DNA of 64,000 bases. Origin: Spirochaetia bacterium (GTDB taxonomy: Bacteria > Spirochaetota > Spirochaetia > DSM-2461). The notes under the pieces are model-generated. The model did no database searches and was not told the DNA's origin. It saw only the letters and a list, made by a program, of their open reading frames with translations. Position numbers and translations under genes: made by a program. Numbering within the stretch: the stretch's first letter is position 1; the number at the start of each line of letters is the position of its first letter. The stretch lies in assembly GCA_963668315.1 (NCBI GenBank), contig OY764216.1, positions 3,200,001 to 3,264,000 of the forward strand. Direction: 5' to 3'. Shown piece after piece: positions 59,241 to 64,000 of the stretch.

Positions 59241-61427
59241 ATGGTTAATAAACGATCTGTTCTGTTACTATCTGTCTCTCTTCTGCTTTTGGTATCTGTA
59301 CTCCTCTTAAGCAAGGATCTGTACGAGGAGGCCGATTCTCCGGAAGGGGGAGATCTGATCCTATATCGGTACCGTCTTTCAGCATTGAAAGGGAATACGG
59401 AAGAGCTGCTTTACGCTATGAATTTATTCATGGCCCGTCCATCCGAGGCGGGGCGGGTTAGATTGAGCGAGATCCTCGAATCCGGGCTTATCCTCTCAGA
59501 GGAATTTCAGGCCCATACCGTGGATAGGGAGAAGGACTCAGATGAATGGCTCTATATCGGTACCAGGATCGATTTGTGGGGCAGAGTGACGTCCTGGGCG
59601 GAGAATTTCCAGGGAGGAGAATCTCCCGTCTTTGGTGAGCTGCTTGCTGAAGTGACAGAAATGGGTATGAGGGAGAATGGTCTGCTGGAAAAAACAGCAG
59701 GAGTCATGGAGAATATCCTGAGGGAGCGTAAATCCTCTCTGAAAAGGAAATATACAGCCCTGAAGCTCACCGTTATATTCACCCAGTTCTTTCTTGTCAT
59801 TCTGTTCCTTCTCGGTACTAAGAACAAATTAATCAATCGGAAACTCATGGTGAGTGAAAAACGATTCCGCATGATTTTTGATGAGTCCTATCATTTTATC
59901 GGTATTCTTGATGAAAGGGGCATTATCAGAGATGTCAATAAAACGGCTCTGGAACTCTTCGGACTGGAAAAGACGGCCATAATGGGAAAACCCCTGATTG
60001 ACACTTTTTGGTGGGATCATTTCGAGGAATCGAAAAAAACTATGGTCACAGCCCTCGAACTGGCCGGAAACGGCAAGACCTCCCTCTTTGAAGCAATCCA
60101 TACGGATAGTGCGGGAAACCCCATTTATGTAGACGTAGCGGTGAAACCCGTAATGACGGGGGGCGTGAATTCCGTTGAGCAGATAATCATAGAAGGGATG
60201 GATATCACCCGCCGGAAAATGACAGAGGAACGGTTGGCGCAACTGAGAAATTTTCTCAAGGATATATTCAATTCTATGCCCACCCGTCTTCTTGTTGTTG
60301 ATAAGAGTTTACGCCTGACGCTGGTGAACAGCAAAGCCCTGGATGATCTGGGATTGAGCCTGGAGGATGTTACGGAAAGGAGAGTCGGTGATGTGTATGA
60401 ATTCCTCAACGTCTATGAGGATGTTATCCTTGACTGTATAAGCTCCGGTGAATCCAGGAGTCTGAATAAACAGAAATGTAGGGAGAGGGGGAATATCAGG
60501 TATAATAATATTACGGTTTTCCCCCTGGACGGAGAGGAGTATGAGGGAGCCGCCATCAGTATTGAGGATATTACGGATAGCCGGAGAATCGAGGATCTCA
60601 TGATCCAGAGTGAGAAGATGATTTCCGTGGGAGGTCTGGCGGCAGGGATGGCCCATGAATTGAATAATCCACTGGCCGGCATGATTCAGACCGCCGAAGT
60701 GCTTCAGAATCGGCTCGGCGATCTTGACATCCCGGCGAATAAAAAAACGGCCGAAAAGAACGGAATAGATATCGCAAAGCTCAGGAAATATATGGAGGAC
60801 AGGCAGATTCTTCCTATGCTTGCTTCCATCAGGGAAGCGGGCAGCCGGGCATCGGATATCATTGAAAACATGTTGACCTTTGTGAAGCGGGAAGGAAGCG
60901 CCGTATCAACCCATAATCTTCCTGACCTTCTTGACCAGACTCTGGAGCTGGCCCGAACGGATTATGACCTGAAGAACCTTTTTGACTTTGACGACGTGAC
61001 GATTATCAGGCAGATTGAAGAAAGAATCCCATCCATTCCCTGTGAAGGGGTAAAAATCCAGCAGGTGATACTCAGCATCATTAAAAACGGAGTGGAAGCC
61101 ATGTCCGATGACAGGAAAGCAAGGGAAAGGCAGGGGCTTCCAATGGTAGGATCACGCATGATATTCCGCATAAAATATGATGACAGGGAAAAAATGGTTA
61201 TATTGGAGATAGAAGACAACGGTCCCGGGATGAAGGAAAGTGTAAGAAAAAGAGTGTTTGAACCCTTTTATACCACCAAGAGTATCGGCAAGGGAACGGG
61301 GCTTGGATTATCCGTTTCTTTTTTTATCATCCACGAGAATCACCGGGGTTCTTTAAGCGTCGAATCGGAAGAAGGGATGGGGGCGAAATTTATAATTAAA
61401 TTGCCCGCTGACCGGCAGGATACATAA
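59241..61427 (+). CDS. PAS-PAS sensor histidine kinase
   Basis: Two TM, AAGMAHELNNPL, DNGPGM, FEPFYTTK, GTGLGL. Confidence 0.92.
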   Translation: MVNKRSVLLLSVSLLLLVSVLLLSKDLYEEADSPEGGDLILYRYRLSALKGNTEELLYAMNLFMARPSEAGRVRLSEILESGLILSEEFQAHTVDREKDSDEWLYIGTRIDLWGRVTSWAENFQGGESPVFGELLAEVTEMGMRENGLLEKTAGVMENILRERKSSLKRKYTALKLTVIFTQFFLVILFLLGTKNKLINRKLMVSEKRFRMIFDESYHFIGILDERGIIRDVNKTALELFGLEKTAIMGKPLIDTFWWDHFEESKKTMVTALELAGNGKTSLFEAIHTDSAGNPIYVDVAVKPVMTGGVNSVEQIIIEGMDITRRKMTEERLAQLRNFLKDIFNSMPTRLLVVDKSLRLTLVNSKALDDLGLSLEDVTERRVGDVYEFLNVYEDVILDCISSGESRSLNKQKCRERGNIRYNNITVFPLDGEEYEGAAISIEDITDSRRIEDLMIQSEKMISVGGLAAGMAHELNNPLAGMIQTAEVLQNRLGDLDIPANKKTAEKNGIDIAKLRKYMEDRQILPMLASIREAGSRASDIIENMLTFVKREGSAVSTHNLPDLLDQTLELARTDYDLKNLFDFDDVTIIRQIEERIPSIPCEGVKIQQVILSIIKNGVEAMSDDRKARERQGLPMVGSRMIFRIKYDDREKMVILEIEDNGPGMKESVRKRVFEPFYTTKSIGKGTGLGLSVSFFIIHENHRGSLSVESEEGMGAKFIIKLPADRQDT

Positions 61428-61434
61428 GAGAGGC

Positions 61435-62577
61435 ATGAATATGACTGAGAACCATGAAAGTGACATTACCGTTCTTGTGATTGATGATGAATCCATAATC
61501 CGGCAGGTCTTCACCTATTATCTGGAAGACAGGGAGTACAATGTGCTCTGCGCCGTCAACGGCAGGGAGGGTATGGAAGTTTTTGACAGGGAAATGCCTG
61601 ATATCGTTCTGACCGATTTGATGATGCCCGAGGCCAGCGGTCTGGAAGTTCTGAATCATATCACCAGGAAAAATCCTGAAATCCCCGTCGTTATTATCTC
61701 CGGTGCCAACAGCCTTGATGATGCCGTGCAGGCTTTGAGACTGGGGGCCTGGGATTATCTGATCAAGCCGGTACAGGATCTGAATCTCCTCGGCTATACC
61801 GTTGAGCAATGCCTGAGTAAAGCCCGCCTAATCAGGGAAAACCGTCACTACAGGGAACATCTTGAGGATCTGGTCAATGAAAGGACGGCACAGCTGGAAA
61901 GGAGAAACCGGCAGCTTGATCTTTCAAGGCGGCAGATCATCGGGATTCTTTCCCAGGCCGCGGAATATAAGGATTTTGAGACGGGGAACCATTTTCTCCG
62001 CGTATCGGAAACGGCGGCCTGCATAGCAAGAAGAATGGGGTGGGACGATGAGCAGGTCCTCAATCTTCAGCTGGCATCACCGGTGCACGATATCGGAATA
62101 ATAGGCATTCCCGACAGTATCCTCCTGAAACCAGGCCGCCTTGATGAGGATGAGTGGCGTATTATGAAGGACCACTGCTATTTCGGGAAAAATATTCTCG
62201 GTTCTGAGCAGTTTATCCGCGATATGGAAAAGGAAGGAGGGCTGGATATCGCCGAAGCAAGTTTCCGCCTGATTGAAACGGCCGCCAATATCGCCTTAAG
62301 TCATCACGAATACTGGAACGGAGAGGGGTATCCCATGGGGCTGAAGGGAAAAAACATCCCCATCGAAGCCCGAATTACCTCCGTGGCCGATGTATTTGAT
62401 GCCCTCAGCAGCAAGAGGCCCTATAAGGAACCCTGGCCGGAAGAGAAAACACTGGCCTATATCCGGGAAATGTCGGGAAAGCAGTTTGATCCCCAGGTGG
62501 TGGACAAGTTTTTCGAAGGGCTGGAAGAGGTCAGGTCTATACAGAAGAAATACAGGGAAAACAGTGAGAATCCTTAG
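61435..62577 (+). CDS. response regulator with HD-GYP domain
   Basis: REC (IDDE, TDLMMP, KP); ETGNH, HDIGIIG, HHEYWNGEGYP. Confidence 0.92.
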   Translation: MNMTENHESDITVLVIDDESIIRQVFTYYLEDREYNVLCAVNGREGMEVFDREMPDIVLTDLMMPEASGLEVLNHITRKNPEIPVVIISGANSLDDAVQALRLGAWDYLIKPVQDLNLLGYTVEQCLSKARLIRENRHYREHLEDLVNERTAQLERRNRQLDLSRRQIIGILSQAAEYKDFETGNHFLRVSETAACIARRMGWDDEQVLNLQLASPVHDIGIIGIPDSILLKPGRLDEDEWRIMKDHCYFGKNILGSEQFIRDMEKEGGLDIAEASFRLIETAANIALSHHEYWNGEGYPMGLKGKNIPIEARITSVADVFDALSSKRPYKEPWPEEKTLAYIREMSGKQFDPQVVDKFFEGLEEVRSIQKKYRENSENP

Positions 62578-62803
62578 GATAGTTCCCAATATCCGGTTTT
62601 TTACGCCAGCTCCGTCAGGGGAAAAAGGTGTTTAAGGGGAAGAGGACGTTTATTATTGTTGGTATGATTATTGCTTATTCCCATGCATGACTTATGGGAA
62701 GAAAGTAGTGGGAATAATCTCGGCCGTTTTTATTCAGCAAGTACTGATTATTATGCTCTTCAGGCAGCTGGAGAAAATCCTCTGTTTTCCCTGGGCTTTA
62801 TAG

Positions 62804-63889
62804 TTACTGCATACTCATATTTATCGACTTGAACTTCTCGTTAATTTTCAGAAAGAGATCGACTATCTCCGGATCAAAGGCATGACCCCTCTCTGATTTT
62901 ATAATTTTGCATGCCGATTCATGATCCAGGGCTTTTTTGTAGGGGCGGTTGTTTGTTATGGCGTCATAGGTGTCGCAGAGAGCAACGATCCTCCCGGAAA
63001 GGGGAATCTCTTTTCCTGAAAGCTGATTCGGATAGCCCTTGCCGTTCCATTTCTCGTGGTGGGTCAGGGCTATTTCCCTGCCCATGGAGAGAAAATCCTT
63101 CTTGCCCTTATACTTTTCCAGGGCTTTACCGGCGATATAAGTATGCTGCTTCATCGCATCCATTTCAAGCTCGGTGAGGTGGTCGGGCTTAAGCAGAATG
63201 GAATCGGAAATGCCTACCTTCCCTATATCATGGAGAACGGCCGACACGGCCATATCTTCCACATAGTTATGGGTTATCCATGAATCCCGGTCCCCATAGG
63301 TCACCAGGTATTCCGTCGCCAGGGCCAGTGTAAAGGCTTCCACACGCTCCAGATGCTTGCCCGTGGCATTGTCACGCAATTCGACGAGGGAGGCCAGATG
63401 GTAGATGGTTTCCTTATTGTCCAGCTTGATGTCTTCAATAAGATCCAGCAGGGACGTGATAAAAAGTTCTCTGTTGTGGAGAGCCGTCAGAATATCCGTT
63501 TTATCTTTTACAATAACGATGAAGTCCTGTTTACCGGAAATAATGAAGGGAACCAGCTTTATCTCCAGAAAAAACATATCAGCGAGATCTTCCCGGCTGA
63601 ACATGAGATCCTTGATAAAGACTCTGTGCTCCTGATGCAAAAGGTCTAATTTATCTTTACCGAGCAGTACTTCCTCAGGAATATAGGAGAAGAGGGACTC
63701 TCCCTTGATCTCTCTAGCCGATATTTTGAGAATCTGCTTGAATGAAGGATTCCAGGAATGGAAATTCCCCTCCACGTCGATTTCGGCAATTCCGTTCGTG
63801 CTTGACTCAATAATAGCTTCAAGCTTTCCATTAAGAGCACAAAGATTTTCCAGTATGTCTAACAGGTTATTTTCCATAAATCTTCCCAT
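62804..63889 (-). CDS. PAS + HD-GYP phosphodiesterase (start may be ATG 63877)
   Basis: ATGKHLERV, HDIGKVG, HHEKWNGKGYP, RPYK. Confidence 0.9.
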   Translation of the reverse strand: MGRFMENNLLDILENLCALNGKLEAIIESSTNGIAEIDVEGNFHSWNPSFKQILKISAREIKGESLFSYIPEEVLLGKDKLDLLHQEHRVFIKDLMFSREDLADMFFLEIKLVPFIISGKQDFIVIVKDKTDILTALHNRELFITSLLDLIEDIKLDNKETIYHLASLVELRDNATGKHLERVEAFTLALATEYLVTYGDRDSWITHNYVEDMAVSAVLHDIGKVGISDSILLKPDHLTELEMDAMKQHTYIAGKALEKYKGKKDFLSMGREIALTHHEKWNGKGYPNQLSGKEIPLSGRIVALCDTYDAITNNRPYKKALDHESACKIIKSERGHAFDPEIVDLFLKINEKFKSINMSMQ

Positions 63890-63893
63890 TTAA

Positions 63894-63922
63894 ATTGTAA
63901 TCAATCCGGTAAAAATTGACAA
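63894..63922 (-). promoter_or_regulatory. sigma70-like promoter of the PAS/HD-GYP gene
   Basis: TTGTCA-17bp-TACAAT on the minus strand with a T11 tract upstream. Confidence 0.6.
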
Positions 63923-64000
63923 ACATAAAAAAAAAAATCCACCCAGGATCGCTTGGAAATAACAAATCATACATAAAATTGACATGGAGTAAAAGGTCTA

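Noticed and set aside
62578..62803. Long gap between convergent genes with a TTCCCAT/ATGGGAA hairpin and short hydrophobic frames
   Set aside because: No recognisable ncRNA or riboswitch motif and no convincing ORF
1..64000. CRISPR array, tRNA, rRNA or prophage
   Set aside because: Coding density is very high, intergenic gaps are short, and I saw no spaced repeats or phage genes

Overview
Bacterial chromosomal window, GC-rich by eye. It is probably from a free-living anaerobic Spirochaetales; this is inferred from the gene set (large LepB, PrcB-C lipoprotein, extended AckA), not from a marker gene. Contents in order: (1) a divergent anaerobic purine/urate catabolism cluster (ygfK <- -> ygeY, carbamate kinase, ygeW, two uncharacterised PLP enzymes where ygeX normally sits, hyuA-like, ssnA, three xdh subunits, guaD); (2) housekeeping and envelope genes (small alarmone synthetase, RNA methyltransferase, typA, aroB, lipase, lepB, ligA, nagZ); (3) an AT-rich IS1-like element immediately downstream of an orphan m6A DNA methyltransferase that carries an in-frame C12 tract; (4) a six-gene glycogen operon with a eukaryote-type branching enzyme and what looks like the eukaryotic debranching enzyme split into two genes; (5) clpB, ackA, a DNase I-like gene and a kinase/HD-GYP signalling block. 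About ten genes have a -10 hexamer 6-7 nt before the ATG and no properly spaced Shine-Dalgarno, suggesting widespread leaderless mRNAs. I found no rRNA, tRNA or CRISPR array. All family calls come from motif recognition by eye; no database searches were run.
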